Assembly (NCBI GenBank): GCA_045837725.1
Contig: JBEWZL010000294.1
Span: 62,001-126,000 of the forward strand
Source: Vermamoeba vermiformis
Taxonomy: Eukaryota
Direction: 5' to 3'
DNA: 64,000 nt
Numbering within the stretch: the first letter of the stretch is position 1; each line of letters begins with the position of its first letter. The notes beneath the pieces are model-generated. The model did no database searches and was not told the DNA's origin. It saw nothing but the letters and a program-made list of their open reading frames with translations. This document shows positions 1 to 13,715 of the stretch, piece by piece. A program made the position numbers and the translations under genes.

Positions 1-1
1 C

Positions 2-315
2 CCTGTTCCCGCCTTTACTCCTAAGGTACGTTGTCTTGTCCATTTTTTTTTCGGCGCGGATCTTGCCATCATTTTTATTTATCCTGTTTGCCTCTTAATT
101 ATTAGGAGATTGTTGTACCTCTTCCTTGGTTAATAGCATGCCGCAGAAAATTCTATTAAAAATCACAAAGAGACGTTCCTATCTTTGAGACGGATGTGTT
201 CGAAACCGGAACTAACGATTTTTCGTAATAGGGCAAGTACCAAGGCAAGCTCCTCGGTGTTGACACCAACCAAAACCCTATTGTATGCTTCCAATTCCAA
301 TACGATTTGGAATAA
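2..315 (+). CDS. 3' end of an ML-domain (NPC2/PG-PI transfer-like) lipid-binding protein, partial
   Basis: Exon 2-25 (PVPAFTPK), GT-AG intron 26-231, then exon 232-315 (GKYQGKLLGVDTNQNPIVCFQFQYDLE*). Resembles the PxxxPxGxY...C C-terminus of ML domains. Confidence 0.6.
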
Positions 316-647
316 ACTAAAGCTCCTCCAATAGAGTAAAGCTAGCTTAATAATACACGTGCACTTTTTGATCGCTTTATCATCAGTACTTATTATTGGT
401 CATACTTAACAACACCAGATCAAATATAAGCCACAGGAATCAATTTTATTTGAGCTAAAAATTGATTGTTCGGAAAGTGTAACGGGATGTGGTTCGAAGC
501 CATTTTAATGAGGAACATAATCATCTATATAGCGTGCGTATAAAGTAGTATCATATTCAAAGGTTAAGGTGTTTATTTTAAAGAAATTTATATATCGAAG
601 TATTTACACTGACGGATCTACTATCAGTTTCCTATTAACAGCTTCAT

Positions 648-2309
648 CTAGTGCGAGACCTTGTTCAAGAATGCAGCAGCGAATGATTGCACGAAGCGAG
701 GCAAGATGTTAATTAAGAACGGCGAGACTGCGTTGGAAGGGTGATCGGCAATGACGACCTTAATGTTGTGCATTAGGCCATTGAAACCCATCTCGGCGAC
801 TGTCTCCGCGGTAACGACATTGCCTATAGTAAGGATGATTATTAGGAGAGCATTTTCGGCGAAATAATGAGGATTAAACAGATCTGCTCGCAACAGCGCC
901 AATTTTGTTTGGAATATTCTCGGTAATATCTACGTAAATCAAGTACATAATAACAACGACGTACCGTATTTAAATAAGGCAGATTTCTCGTTGCCAGCAA
1001 GGCGAGCAAACTCGGATTCAGTGGGACCAGGAGCCAACAGACTTACATGGACGCCAGTACCCATGCACTCGCTAATATTTACCATATTAGTACATCAAAT
1101 GACGCGCTATCGAGAGCGGAACAGTTTTAAAGCGATGGATACTGCTTTCGACTGCCGATCTGAAAAGTACTTACTGCCAGAGTGCTTCAGAGAAAGAAAG
1201 AACGTATGCCTTAGTAGCGTAGTAGCTAGCCATGCCAGGTCCTATCGATTATACTCATTAAATAACGTTCTGCATGCAGATCCAGCTCGTTACAAACCTG
1301 GGAAATAGCCAGCAGTGCTTCCAATGTTCAAAATACCGCCAGATTTCTTCTCCAACATGGCGGGCAAGAACAATGAGGTCAATTGAGTCAATGAAGTCAC
1401 GTTTAAGGTGCACATATCGGCTTGTGTTTTTTGATCGGTCTCTGAAAACAAATCCGCTTAGAAATCACTTCATCATCGCTTTATGTAATATTAATTACCT
1501 GCAATCTTCTTAGAAGCGCCAGATCCGGCTATAAAATAGAAAACAACGCATTAGATAAAGAATAAAATTTAAGGTGCTGGATCTCGTACCATTATTAACT
1601 AAAACATCGATATGGTAACCGCGTTTAGTGACTTCTTCGAAGAGTGTTTGAGCAGAAGCGGTATTGGAGAGATCGGCAGCGATGTAATCGACCTTCTTGT
1701 TGAATCCAGGCACGGCCTTCTTCATCTTGTCCGCAGCCTCGCGCAACTTGTCTTCAGAACGGGAAACGAGCAGCAAATTATATCCGTGTTGAGCGAAGAC
1801 CTTGGCAAGTGCAAGACCTATAATGTTATGTATTTAGCCTTCGGAAATCATTTCAAAAAAATTAACAATTTTGGATTTGATTTTGCAAACGCATAAAACG
1901 GATTAATTATCGGTCAATAATATCCGATTTTGTTTACCTATGCCGGTTGATGCCCCAGTAATCAATGCGGTTTGATCCGTGGTTACTTTGAAGTCCTTTT
2001 TAATGAATCTGACGGGAGCTTGTACCAAGAGAAGTGCAATCAAGCCTAAAAATTATCATAATTAACGTGGTGCTATATATAATAAGATTCTTGCGTTTTT
2101 TTTTTCACAAACAATTTTAGGTCCCGATCTAAAATTGCGAACCCAAAATCTATCTATAATAAGTAAATTAGACTATCAATATTACCTAAAAGACCAAACC
2201 AGAACCAAAAGCCGCCATATCCGGTAAAAATCAGCTTAATAAGGCCCCACAAAAGGCTGAAAGAGGATGCGACGATCCCGACTTCGTTAAACAAACCAAC
2301 TGTAACCAT
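648..2309 (-). CDS. Short-chain dehydrogenase/reductase with an N-terminal hydrophobic segment, multi-exon
   Basis: Spliced translation contains TALITGASTGIG (Rossmann TGxxxGIG), IDVLVNNAG, catalytic YYATKAYVLSFSEAL (YxxxK) and PGPTESEF. ATG at 2309, TAG at 648-650. Confidence 0.85.
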
Positions 2310-3122
2310 TGTTGTCGTGTTGTAGCTTGTTTAAATATTGATTAATACTAAAAAACTTAAAAACTTCTTTAGACCCGGGTCAGGGCTTTATTTGGCGGAG
2401 AAATGGGTAATTTGACGGAGGCGCGGAAGCGAAGGAAAACAAACGCCGCTTAGGCACAACACCACAAATGATAATAATTTATTGCATTAGGCATCTTAAT
2501 ATATCAGCAAAGAACGGGGTAAAGCTGAATGGAACACCGATTTCAAGTTCAGTAACTCGAGGTAAGTGAAACTGGACGTGTTTCAATTATTAATACCAAT
2601 TCAAATAATTATGTATGTGCATCTAACGCTGTCTAAATTTCATTCAGTTGAACTATTGATGATTTAATTATTTTAAATTTTTTTTTCAAATATTAATTGT
2701 AACCTGATCTTTAAGCTGCAGTATTTTAGATCACAATGCCTATAATAAGCAAGTACGAGTTAATTGTCCCTCAGATTTGCTTTCTCTTCTGCAGATGCTT
2801 CGTAAACACCTCTGATTGTATTGTACCGTGCTTTCTGCCTGCACTTCTTGCATTTCTGCCTTTAAAGCCTAGTATTGTATGATGAGGGTTACTGTAGCAT
2901 GGCTGGTACGTACGAAAAGATGAAACTATTTTGAACTGTGTTCCTCTAGAGAAATCGTCCGGATCCCTCGTGGAACCAAAAATAATTTGTTCAAGAATGA
3001 GTGATTCGCCTTTCATTGTGAAACAAATAAGGCTCAGCACGGAGAGATGTCATAAATTGATATGTATTTCGGAAATAGTTATCACTGGCCACGTGGGTCT
3101 TTGACCAAATCTTTTCATAAGT

Positions 3123-3714
3123 ATGCTCGTTTTAGGCGCAGTTTGTTCCATTTATTTCCAAATCGTTATATACACTACAACACTAGTCATGCACGGAGCT
3201 ATAGCCGCACTTCAGATCACCAAACAAAATCTAGCCAAACTACTCTTCGGCCTATCTTTCGTCCCATCGCTAGGCATCGCCTCGATTCTACTCCGCTCGT
3301 CATTTGGTTATAGTATGTGGCGTATAATGTTAACTGTTATGGCCGGATGCGCTCCTGCAGCTTTTCTGGTACGTGGATTTTTCAGATCAACCAGCACTTC
3401 GCAACGGAGGCATGAAGAAGCTTTATTTTGGCGCGAATTAATACCTTGTCTCATCGGTAAGCCATAATAATATGAAATATGCACTTCTTGAAACACTACT
3501 AATTGCGATTTATATTAAAGTTCCGATCGTGTTATGTTTTGCCGTCGATACCAAACCTTTTTACATTTTTGGAAGGCTAATACAAGCCGCATCACTATGG
3601 ATGTATATTGCATGTATTATATCTCAATTGTTAATAATTCAAACTGCGAATAATTGTTTGCCGGATCCTCATTGCGAAGATCTGCCCTCGAAAGAGGAAA
3701 TAAAGCGACTTTAA
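3123..3714 (+). CDS. Hypothetical multi-pass membrane protein fragments; structure unresolved
   Basis: Two adjacent hydrophobic ORFs (3123-3467 and 3472-3714). No recognised motif and no clean spliced model. Confidence 0.25.
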
Positions 3715-3970
3715 TACCACGATATAATTATAATCTATGTGCTATTGATTATCCGAATATTGAAACATTCCCAAGCGTCATTCATCGCTGCCAGTCAAGT
3801 TTGTCAGCGGGATATTAATATTGGGTCCCAATTACCATATATGGAAAGTGCAACCGGACAAAAACGGCGAGTTACCGCTCTATGATTAGGTACATATCTA
3901 TTCACGTATTATTGTGACGAATCATTATTTACATTATTAACAACATTTTCTACAATTTCAAGTGCCGGAT

Positions 3971-4984
3971 CTAGCGACACCGCATGAGCGTTACAATGAT
4001 GAGTGCGCCGAAGAATTGCAATTCAGTGAAGCCACGTTGAGGCCATGGAATGAGACTAGTGAGTTCAATCTTCCTGTTCACCGCAGATCTGCGCATCGTA
4101 TCTAACAGCATGAGGTTCAATACGGGTAAGCAGAAATACGCCACGTTTGTGAGGAGTTGGTAGAAAAATCTGCCATCGCTAATGTATTGTAATATTATGG
4201 ACCAATCTAGCATCAATATGTTGATAAGAACTGCTGCTGATAAGATCTGGATCCGTTTTCGACAGAATCCATCGTGACAGACCGCGTTGAATAGGCCAGT
4301 TGGAAAAGCATATGAGCTTAATAGATGATTATATGTGAATACTAAGACGAGTTGGCCAATGAATTCGAAGCATTGCACGCTGTACGGATGTGTAACGATA
4401 GTGCCGATCGCGACCATTGCAATTATGATATAGCCAGCCACTTGATTCTTCAAATCGTTCTCTAATAGGACTTTGCTTAATAGTATATTGATGAAAAATA
4501 TTGCGCAAAGGACTATCCAAGGAACCCATTCGTGAAACAAATCCACTATGACAGGCATCCGTGACAGGTCATAACATAGAACTGGCGCGAGAAGGTAAAA
4601 TAACACGCGAAAGAGATCGCTGTTCAAGGGCAGTGCGGCTAATGCACGGAATAACGTTAGTAAAGCTGTCATATCTTCCGGATGTGAAGCCCGAAACTTA
4701 CAAAAATAAGGTGTTCTATTAATAGGACGACATAATATCAGCTTTGTGTGCGCTGCATTTGTTATGTAATCGCTCAAATCAAAGATTATCTCGCAGACTG
4801 CGCGCGGATCCTCGGTCCAACGCTCACTTCGCGCATCAAATCTGAGCGAACAATAGAACTCCGGGGCCGCACTGATATTCGTTGTAAAAGTGCCCAGCAG
4901 ACTTAACTTCTGGGCGGTAGATTTGACCATATACTTGCTATCGTAAAAATGCATTAGATACTGGAAGGGGGCGATGTTCCGCAA
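3971..4984 (-). CDS. Hypothetical protein with several C-terminal transmembrane-like segments; 5' end unresolved
   Basis: 337-codon open frame in AT-rich DNA with several hydrophobic stretches. Exon-like pieces lie upstream (about 5010-5310), but I could not join them in phase. Confidence 0.45.
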   Translation of the reverse strand: MRNIAPFQYLMHFYDSKYMVKSTAQKLSLLGTFTTNISAAPEFYCSLRFDARSERWTEDPRAVCEIIFDLSDYITNAAHTKLILCRPINRTPYFCKFRASHPEDMTALLTLFRALAALPLNSDLFRVLFYLLAPVLCYDLSRMPVIVDLFHEWVPWIVLCAIFFINILLSKVLLENDLKNQVAGYIIIAMVAIGTIVTHPYSVQCFEFIGQLVLVFTYNHLLSSYAFPTGLFNAVCHDGFCRKRIQILSAAVLINILMLDWSIILQYISDGRFFYQLLTNVAYFCLPVLNLMLLDTMRRSAVNRKIELTSLIPWPQRGFTELQFFGALIIVTLMRCR

Positions 4985-6068
4985 GAGAAATGAAGAATTG
5001 ACGTCTTACTTTTCAGCAAGATTATGGATGCGCCTAAGACCGCTCATAGTGTAAGACTTTAATTCTAATAGCTCTCTATTGTATCTTTCGGCCAACGCAA
5101 AATCGTGCAATCGCCGATCGAGTGGATACGACTCCTGAAATTCGATTGTGGTTAAATGATTTGTTTATAGGTGATTTAATCGTAATGTTGCATAGTAAAT
5201 ACCTCGTAGTCTTTCCAAGCTGCAGGACCGACCTCAAATTCATCGGAAGTGATGCCATCCGAAAGTGTCATTCTGACAATTGCTCCATTTAGTTTTTTCG
5301 AAGTCAATATATCTAAATGATAAAGAAATACCGTTTAATCGTATTTTCAAGGATTATTTTCTTCATTGCACGCTTATTTGCGAAATTCAGCCAATATTTG
5401 CTAACTAAACGGCATTCGTAGCTGCCGCGGGCGTCTACGAACGATAAAATATGTTCCATAATTTCCTGTGATGTATATAATCAGTAAGACGTTCTTTAAA
5501 TCGATGACATCATGTTCCGTAAAGGATGTGCATCTCGTTTCCGAGTTTTCTTTACAATTCTCCTTTCGCTGGCTTACCGCAGGCATGATTCCATCGATTA
5601 AGCTTTCGCTAGGGGTAGCTTCGAAGGTCATCGACTTTTTCTGCGTTGTTTTGAGGGTATGCACGCAGATGCAGCCAATAAGACCGAGGAACGCAAGACA
5701 AATCCATAACATCTCGATATTATTTCAATTGTGGTCCTCTTTTGCGAAGAGGTATATAAATAAGCGTAAACCACAAAAGAATTTAGGTGAGTTTTCCCTT
5801 TGTCGTTCATGAAAATCGTCCTGTCGAATCTTTTCACCGGGATCTATATTTAAGACCTGTCAAAACTACCAACAGCACGGAATGAGATGTGTCTTGCTTC
5901 ATTTCTGTTCCTTTATTCGTTCCGGCTGAGTTTCCGCTTGCCTCCCAATTTTTTTGTTTTTTTTTTCGGTCACCCGATGTATTGCGCTATCGTTCAGAAC
6001 AAGCACCACAAACGCGTAGTTTGTTCAGTTAGTATTAGTATAACGGCACATAGGACCCATTGTTAAGT

Positions 6069-8097
6069 ATGCCAGAGCTTCCGGAAGGTAAGAGCAGCGT
6101 TTATCTTGCAAGATCGTGCTGGATCTGCGCAGTACAGCAAGTACTAACAACCTTATGTTAATTAGTGGAAAGAGCACGCGCTTACATTCACGACCATTGT
6201 GTGGGGAAAAAGGTCGTTAATGTAGAGGTGGTAAGTAGATCCGGAGAAAAACTAATTTTTAAAATTACACAGACCCCAATTAATTAACATAAATACTCTA
6301 CAACTAACCGTACACTATCGGTGTATTTATTTAAATTGGTATTAAATCATAATCAAGCAAAGAAATTCTAAGAAATAAATTTAGGCTCAAGACACCATAG
6401 TCTACGACGGTATCGCTCCAGATGCATTCGCTGCGCAATTAAAAGAAAGGACATTTAAGGACACTAAGCGGAGAGGCAAACACTTTTGGGTGGTGCTTGA
6501 TGAAGGACCACATCCGCTGTTTCATCTTGGCATGACCGGCAAATTTGTCGTAAGAACTACCTCTATCACTATCTAATACCTATATGATGTATATTAATAG
6601 TATAATAGGTTCGTAGTCCCGACGGCGTGTTCTTAAAAGCAGAAATGAAGCGTGCAATCTTCGAGGAAAAAGCGGCTCAGATTAAAGTGACCGAAATTAA
6701 AGTGACTAAGGAGACCGAGACGAATAATAACAATACGAATAATAATACGAATGTTAAAAAAGAGAATAGTGGCGATGAGAATAAGAATAGTGAAAGTGAT
6801 GAGAAGTTTGAAATGAGTGTCGATGAAGATTTTGAGAAGCCACGAGGCGACGAGAAAAAGAAGCCTAAGAATAACAAGGACAAAAAGAACAACACTAATA
6901 CTAAGAAAGATAAAGCAGAAAAAGAAGAGAATAAAAAGAAGAAGAAAAATTCGAAGAAAAAAAAGAAAAATGAAACTGACGCTGAAGACGAGTCCAATGA
7001 AGGTGAAGCAGTGATTATAACTGAGACTGAATGGCCTCCTCGATGGCACAAATTACTCGTTGAATTTGACGACGGTACTAAAATGGCGTTCTCGGATCCA
7101 AGAAGGTAATTTGGCTGTTCACTGAACCGTTCTTTCACTGAACTAAGAATACTTTGACTTCATTGACCGTTGATTTAGACTCGGAAGAATTCGAGTCAGA
7201 GCAGATCCAGCGACAGAAGAGCCAATCAAAAGCCTCGGCTACGATCCGATCCTTGATGAAATTGATGATGAAGCGTTCAACGCGATGGTTTTGAAAAGAA
7301 AAGCGCCTATTAAAGCTCTATTATTAGACCAAACTGTCTTTGCAGGTGTTGGCAACTGGATCGCGGACGAGGTATACCAATAACACATATTTCCTTTTAA
7401 GGAAAATACTTATCCGTTTCCTTTTTAGGTGCTGTACCAATCGTCAATTCACCCCGCAAGACCGTCGAACACTTTAACGACCGAAGAACTAGCGCGGCTG
7501 AAGACACATGTCAAAGATGTCATTCAGACAGCTGTCAATGTCGGTGCGGATTGGCGACAGTTCCCGAAGACGTGGCTGTTTCATTTCCGCTGGGACAAGG
7601 CCAAGAAGAATAAAAAGCACGTGACAGGGACTGGCGAGGCCATTGAATTTGTCACCGTTGGCGGAAGAACTTCCGCTGTCGTTGTTTCGAAGCAGATCCC
7701 GCCAGCCGATTACGATGTAAGAGTATTCATACTGTCATATACATTATACTAATACTATTAATATAGCCTAATAAGAAGAAGAAAGGCAAAAAGAGAAAAA
7801 AATCTGAAAGTGACAGCGACGACGAGGTGTCATCAGAGAGCAGCGAGCCACCGAAGAAAAAACAAAAGAGAACAAGTGCTGCGAGCAAAAAGGACAACAA
7901 AAAAGAGAAAAAAGAAACGAAGAATAAGGGTAAGACCAAAAAATCAATCGGGAAGAAGAAAAAGAGCAAAAAGTAAGTGGATGTGCCTGGATGAACATCA
8001 AATGGAGTACCTGATTCTAATAATGGCTTGTATTATTATTAATAGGGGCCTATCATTATCGTCGAGTTCTGATTCAGAAAGTGATTTTGAAGGCTAA
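6069..8097 (+). CDS. mutM: Formamidopyrimidine-DNA glycosylase (Fpg/MutM, plant/fungal zincless-finger type)
   Basis: N-terminal MPELPEVE across an intron, RRGKHFW, HLGMTG, FSDPRRLGRIR, H2TH motif IKALLLDQTVFAGVGNWIADEVLY, and TVGGRTSAVV, followed by a K/S/D-rich tail. Confidence 0.92.
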
Positions 8098-8899
8098 AGC
8101 AAGTTCGAGTTTCTAGGAGCTTCATACGAATCGGTTGTTAGTTATAGCTAATAAAAGACTGTGGCTCATGCGTCATAGACAAATAGGGAAATTTACTTAA
8201 TTAGGAAATATTTTAGATGAGTTCATTTATGAGTTTTATTTACTCGTCAGTTAAATTCACCAAAGCATAAAAATAAATTTTTGAGCGTTGGAATTATTAT
8301 CGAATAGATATTTAATCATGGAACAACTAAACGTAGCCGATTGGAAAACTAAAATCAAAGAAGCGATCCCGAAAGTCGCATTCGTTGCAACATGCGTGCC
8401 TGCTTTACTTCAACTTCGAAGATTCAAAGGAGTCGATTCTAGTACTTACGTAAGCTATTCTGGTGGTCTACCACTCTCTTTTCGCTCAGCAAGTCGATTC
8501 TTCTGCATCGGATTCCTAGCTCGAACCTTCATCGAGAAAGGAGCCGATAACCTCTGCAAGAAAAACCTCCTTCGAAGATGTTTAATAACACTACGCTGAT
8601 GACTTGGACCGCAACCAACAGCATTGCTTTCGGATTCCATCCGGCGATCGGATTCGCAGCTGTCACTACAGCCGGCTGTGAAGCTGCTCGAGCATACATT
8701 TATGGAGTTAAGAAAGTATATCAAGGCAACTAATATCTATTAGTAGTATGCCGCCTAATTTAACTGGCATTCGAAAAGACAGAAATTCATTAAAAAAAAT
8801 TGTAATTCGTGATAAGTAATAAAAAACGTTTCATATGCATAATATCAAGTGTTAATCAAACAAAAAACTAAGTTTTTACCAGTTCTAAAACTATCGTAT

Positions 8900-11320
8900 C
8901 TAAACACGAGCAAACTCGATCCAGTTGAAGTTCATCACGTCAGGAATTCCAACGCGTGAGTTACTCGCGCATGCTGGTGAGTTGGCCCAAGAGAAGACCT
9001 GGCAAAGAAAATAATAATTAGAACGGGACACGACGTGAGTTACATATAGCAACACTTACCGGCTGTTGATCGTGAGTAGGACCGCTCTATATAATAACAA
9101 TAGGCTTAGTATCGCTATTGGCGTTAAAAAATATTGAATTTTTAACGTACTTGAGCCATGATCGTCATGTCTCTGATGGTCTCATGTGACACGGCCTTGG
9201 AGTCGTATCCACCCATGCAATCAGGCTTCTGTAGGTACAGTTAGTATATAGGTCCCTAGTAGTATCTATAGTTAACATACGGTTGGTTCCAAATCGAATC
9301 GTGAAGAGATCTGGTTGCCTGGATCTCCCAACGAGTACGAGTCCTTCTGCCAGTTGTTGTATCTCAAGATCTTTTGGATGTCATTCAAGCCTTGAACCTT
9401 CGATTGATCGCGACGGAAGATGTTGGCGCGAGGGTAAAAGTCGTAAGCCATGTGAGGCGAACGTGCCACGATGTCATTCCCTAAAGTGTCAAAGTGTCAA
9501 AAATTGAACGCGTTTGTGACACTAGAACTAGTCGAATACTTACATCCGATGCGTGCACGCACTTCAGGGAAGAAAGGAATGTTGTAGCTGGGCCAGTAAC
9601 CGAATCTGAGGACATCAGTCTTGTCGGCTGACTGGATGTAGCCAGGGATCTGTTCGGCAATCCACAAAAGGTTATCCTTCAACGGAGCGTTGGGTTCGAA
9701 GAGCTTGTAGTCCACAACCATCCACTACAATACGAGTCAATATACGTAAATACGGACTTTTGTGCAAGTACCTGATTGTTGTAGGTGCCGCTGTTGTACT
9801 TGGAGAACACTTCGACCCATTGTTTGCCGTTGTTGGCCATACGATTGGCAACCATCACGCGCATCCAGCTGAAGAGTGAGCGAGGAGTAATCACATCGTA
9901 AATTGACATGTTGACGACAGACAACGAAGTTTCGATGACGTTCAGACCACTAGTTTGACAACATTAGTTCAATGACACGTGTCAAATGTCAAACTGCGTA
10001 CCTGTTCGTAATGTAGAAGTCGTCGATGGACGCCAAGGCAGCAGGGTAGGACGAGAACGAGACTTGACTGGAGGACGTGAAGGGGTCGTTGAGAGGCAAG
10101 TCGTAGTGTTTCATGATGCGCAACATGAACGAGTAGGTCCACCATGCAGTGTGGCCTGAGAACATGGCACTCAAGTCACCAGTCACTTTGATCAGTGCTG
10201 AGCAATGGCCGTTCAAGCCCATGTACCGGGTCAGTTCGTGATCCGTCATCGAGTTGAAGTCTGGGCGGTCCTTTCTGCATTTGCAAATAGCATCATATTA
10301 ATATAACGATATATTATATTACTGAATAGTGGTCTACAACGTACTTGTTGACGACGTTCTTGAGATCAAGCATGTCGCCCCAACTGCCCAAAATGTACAT
10401 ATCAATCAAGCTCATAGAGCTAGCACTGACGCTGTTATAGCCCGCAGATAGACCCTCGAGCTGAGCAAGAACGAATGAGACCTATACGAGTATATTAATC
10501 GACAATACTACTGATTTTTAATGGCGCAAACTCACGTGTCTCCAGTACGGATCTGCTGAGTTTTTGTTGGCTTCATTCTTCAACCAAGTATATTGGTCCT
10601 TAAAAAATTGTGCCATGGGAGCATATGCGTCCTATGAATAAATTTTAGTGTCGGTTGAAATGATCGTAAAGGAAATCTGGATTTGGTAAATCCGGATCTT
10701 TGTAAAATGGATTAGAACTTACAGATTTCTTGAAGAAAATTGACCAACAATTGATTTTGTGTTGCGCAATGCGCTTGGCAGTCAAAACACCTTCGAGGTA
10801 ACCAGCGGCATAAGATTGGACTTTATCGGCCGAGAGCACGTTGCTGTGGACGTACAAACGACTCCAACCAGTGCTATTAATCTCGTCATAATAGTAGCCC
10901 CATGCAGCTATATTAAAATTGATTTAATTATGAGCTTGTCGTTGAAAACTCAGTTCGTGATTTTTCACTTTTTAATAATCTTCGTCTAATCATTATAATT
11001 TAATTGCAATAATATTCAGATATGGACGAATTATTATTTTATCGCTATATATATTTATAAGGCTTTTATCTTTGCTTACCTCCGTTTGTGTCAACCACTT
11101 GAGGAGTGAAAGTGTAGGAATTCGACGAAGCGGAGTAATAGATCGTGCCAGATAATGTCTCGCTACAATAATAAATATTTATTAGAATATTATCATTATA
11201 TTTGGTCGCAATTTCGATTTCCGTCTCTTGATCAAACAAACAAATTGGTCAATAATCTTACTCGGCAGCAACCAACGACAAAGCAATAAGCACCACGTTT
11301 ATAAATAACAGGCCCTTCAT
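8900..11320 (-). CDS. Phospholipase B-like protein (PLBD/Ntn-hydrolase family), secreted or lysosomal
   Basis: Signal peptide MKGLLFINVVLIALSLVAA, YAAGYLEGVLT, GHCSALIK (N-terminal nucleophile Cys), FSSYP, SIDDFY, NSGTYNNQW, EQIPG, WPSYNIP, RYNNW, MNFNW*. Confidence 0.92.
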
Positions 11321-11464
11321 TTGTGGTGGCACGTTGATTCGATCTGCGATAAAGAAAAAGCTCGCGCAATTTCTAAAACCACGTGCGACCGATCAATGCA
11401 ACACAACAGCAAAATTAACCTTATAATTATAAAATATATATCATAAGCACGATCGCCATTAACT

Positions 11465-13633
11465 ATGACGACGTTGAAGGGTCCTAGTGCGATCCTGTAT
11501 TGGTGCAAAGAAAACACGAAAGGATATCAAGGCGTGGATGTGACTGATTTTGGTCAATCATGGAAAGACGGATTAGGTATAGTTAAATATAGCAATTAAT
11601 AATCGATGCACGTAAATCGTAATTGTTTTAAAACGAGATCTGACTTCACGAAAAATAATATATTCTAAAATTAGCGTTAAAAAGCGATTTATCTTTAAAT
11701 CATTTTATACACTATTATACTAGTATTAATATTTATATTTAAGCAATGTGCGCATTATTGCATAAATTTCATCCAGACAAAATTCCATTTGATACGCTAT
11801 CAGCCGCAGATCCGAAGAAAAACTATGACTTAGGTAATTAATAGCATATTATAATTATATAGGTCTTAAATTTCAATCTAATAACTCAACGGAATAACTT
11901 AATTTTATCGCATCAGCTTTCGACGTGGCCGAACAGCTTGGTGTGCCTAAACTCTTAGAAGCAGAAGATATGATGATAGAACCATATCCAGACGTATGTA
12001 TAATACTATTAATGCTATTTAAGCTTATATTAACGAGTTTGAATTTTGGATTTAGCGTCAGTCGCTGATCGTGTATTTGACGGAGGTTTATCAGCGCTTA
12101 ACAGGTGCTACTCCTGTATCAGGACTAGGCTCTAGTAGATCTTCGACAGAATTACCGACCATTACCGAGTCGTAAGTAATCAACCTTTAAATAAGTATTT
12201 TATTAATTTTTTTGATTGCAGATCCAGCGTTGAAAGTTCACCGCGCATTGAAATTAATAGTACAGCTGTTATTGAGACCCCAGCCTTGACTGCCCCCGTT
12301 GAAGTACCATCGGAGATTCGTAAAAGTGGATCTTCGCCTGACATCCAAACACCAACGGTCATTTTGCCTGAGACTTTTTTGGCTAGAGGACCTTCTAGGG
12401 AACGCATGGGCCATGTTAGAAGCTATTCTCAGGGTAAAGTAAGTATTTGAACCCATGCAGATCCAATTTCATGGATTATTTTTTTTTCAATCTCGCGCAC
12501 GAGATTAACGCTATTTCAATATAGATGTTGACGCAGACAGAACAAGAAGAGTTATTTAAGCAGCGCGAGAAGGAGGCTAAAGAGGCGTTGGCCTTTGAAG
12601 AAGAAATGGCACGAAAGAAAGCGCAATGGAAAAATCAAGCGCCAGAGCCACAAGCCAATCCGAGAAAATTAATTCGCCGCGTGACTGGCACTGTAGAAGA
12701 GTGGCAAAGTAAAGCCAAGAAAATGCAAGAAAAATTTGGTGGACCGGAGTTAGGACAGTCATCTCCGCGAGCAGGTGACTTGTAAGCATTGCCGAGACAT
12801 TAGTAGTGCATTATATGAGCTCATATTTATATTTTAGACACAATCTGGCAAGCCTTAAAGATCCCCCGAGAAGTGTTACTCAACCGATAATTACGCTTAA
12901 AGATTCAGTTACGACTTCAGTGATGACTACAGGGGACGAACAGATCACGAAAAAAGTCGAAGAAATTTCAAAAGAAGTTGATGGCAAAGAGACATTGCAT
13001 ATTACTAAGACCGAGGTTAAAGAACAGCACTTTAATAATCATATTGATAAGCCAACAATCCCAGCAATTGAAAAATTATCGGGAGCTGGATCTCATAATA
13101 CTAGTTCTACGAATAGTACTGCTAATAGTACTTCATCTAGTGCTAATAATAGTGCAGTACCTAGCAGATCCAGCAGCGCCGTTCATAGTCGCAACAATAG
13201 CAGCGAGTTTTATATGCCCGAGCTAAGTTTCGATAGAAATCTTACGCCGCGAAGTGACTCGTGGAAACAAGAACAAAATGCGCGCAAGAGAATGATAGAA
13301 GAAAAAGATCGCGAGGACGAAGAATTTATTAAACAATTGCGATTGGAGCGAGAAGATCGCGAACGAAAGAAGAAAGACATGAAGGATAAATTGAGGCCTA
13401 GAAAAGCAGAGAAAATCAAAGCCGAACCAGAAAAGCCAGTCGCTACTATTGAAGTTAATGCAGCTCCTGTGGTGCCTCCAGTTCAAGTTCCAAGAACGGC
13501 GGATGTGGCTCCGCCCGTCGCGCCGAAAGTTATCTCTGCTAGTAGCAATGGTATTGTAATAGTGCTCAGTCCGAAGACTGTGGCTATTATAATTGTAGTT
13601 TTAGTTGTTTTATTATATTTACTCTTCAAATAA
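11465..13633 (+). CDS. Single calponin-homology-domain protein with coiled coils and a C-terminal transmembrane anchor
   Basis: AILYWCKENTKGYQGVDVTDFGQSWKDGL-AMCALLHKFHPDKIPF...AFDVAEQLGVPKLLEAEDM (MICAL/EHBP1/smoothelin-type CH), E/K/R-rich helices, terminal VAIIIVVLVVLLYLLFK*. Confidence 0.85.
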
Positions 13634-13715
13634 AAACCGCGGAGGATCCGATCGAAAAATTTCAGCTTTTTACTCTGCCTATTTACAAGTTATAAATATT
13701 ATTCTAGTACATGCA

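Noticed and set aside
6633-7138. Phe/Leu/Ser-rich minus-strand ORFs that look like membrane proteins
   Set aside because: They are antisense shadows of the K/E/N-rich Fpg insertion.
8288-8724. Short overlapping ORFs between Fpg and phospholipase B
   Set aside because: No motif, no supportable spliced model, and the two strands conflict.
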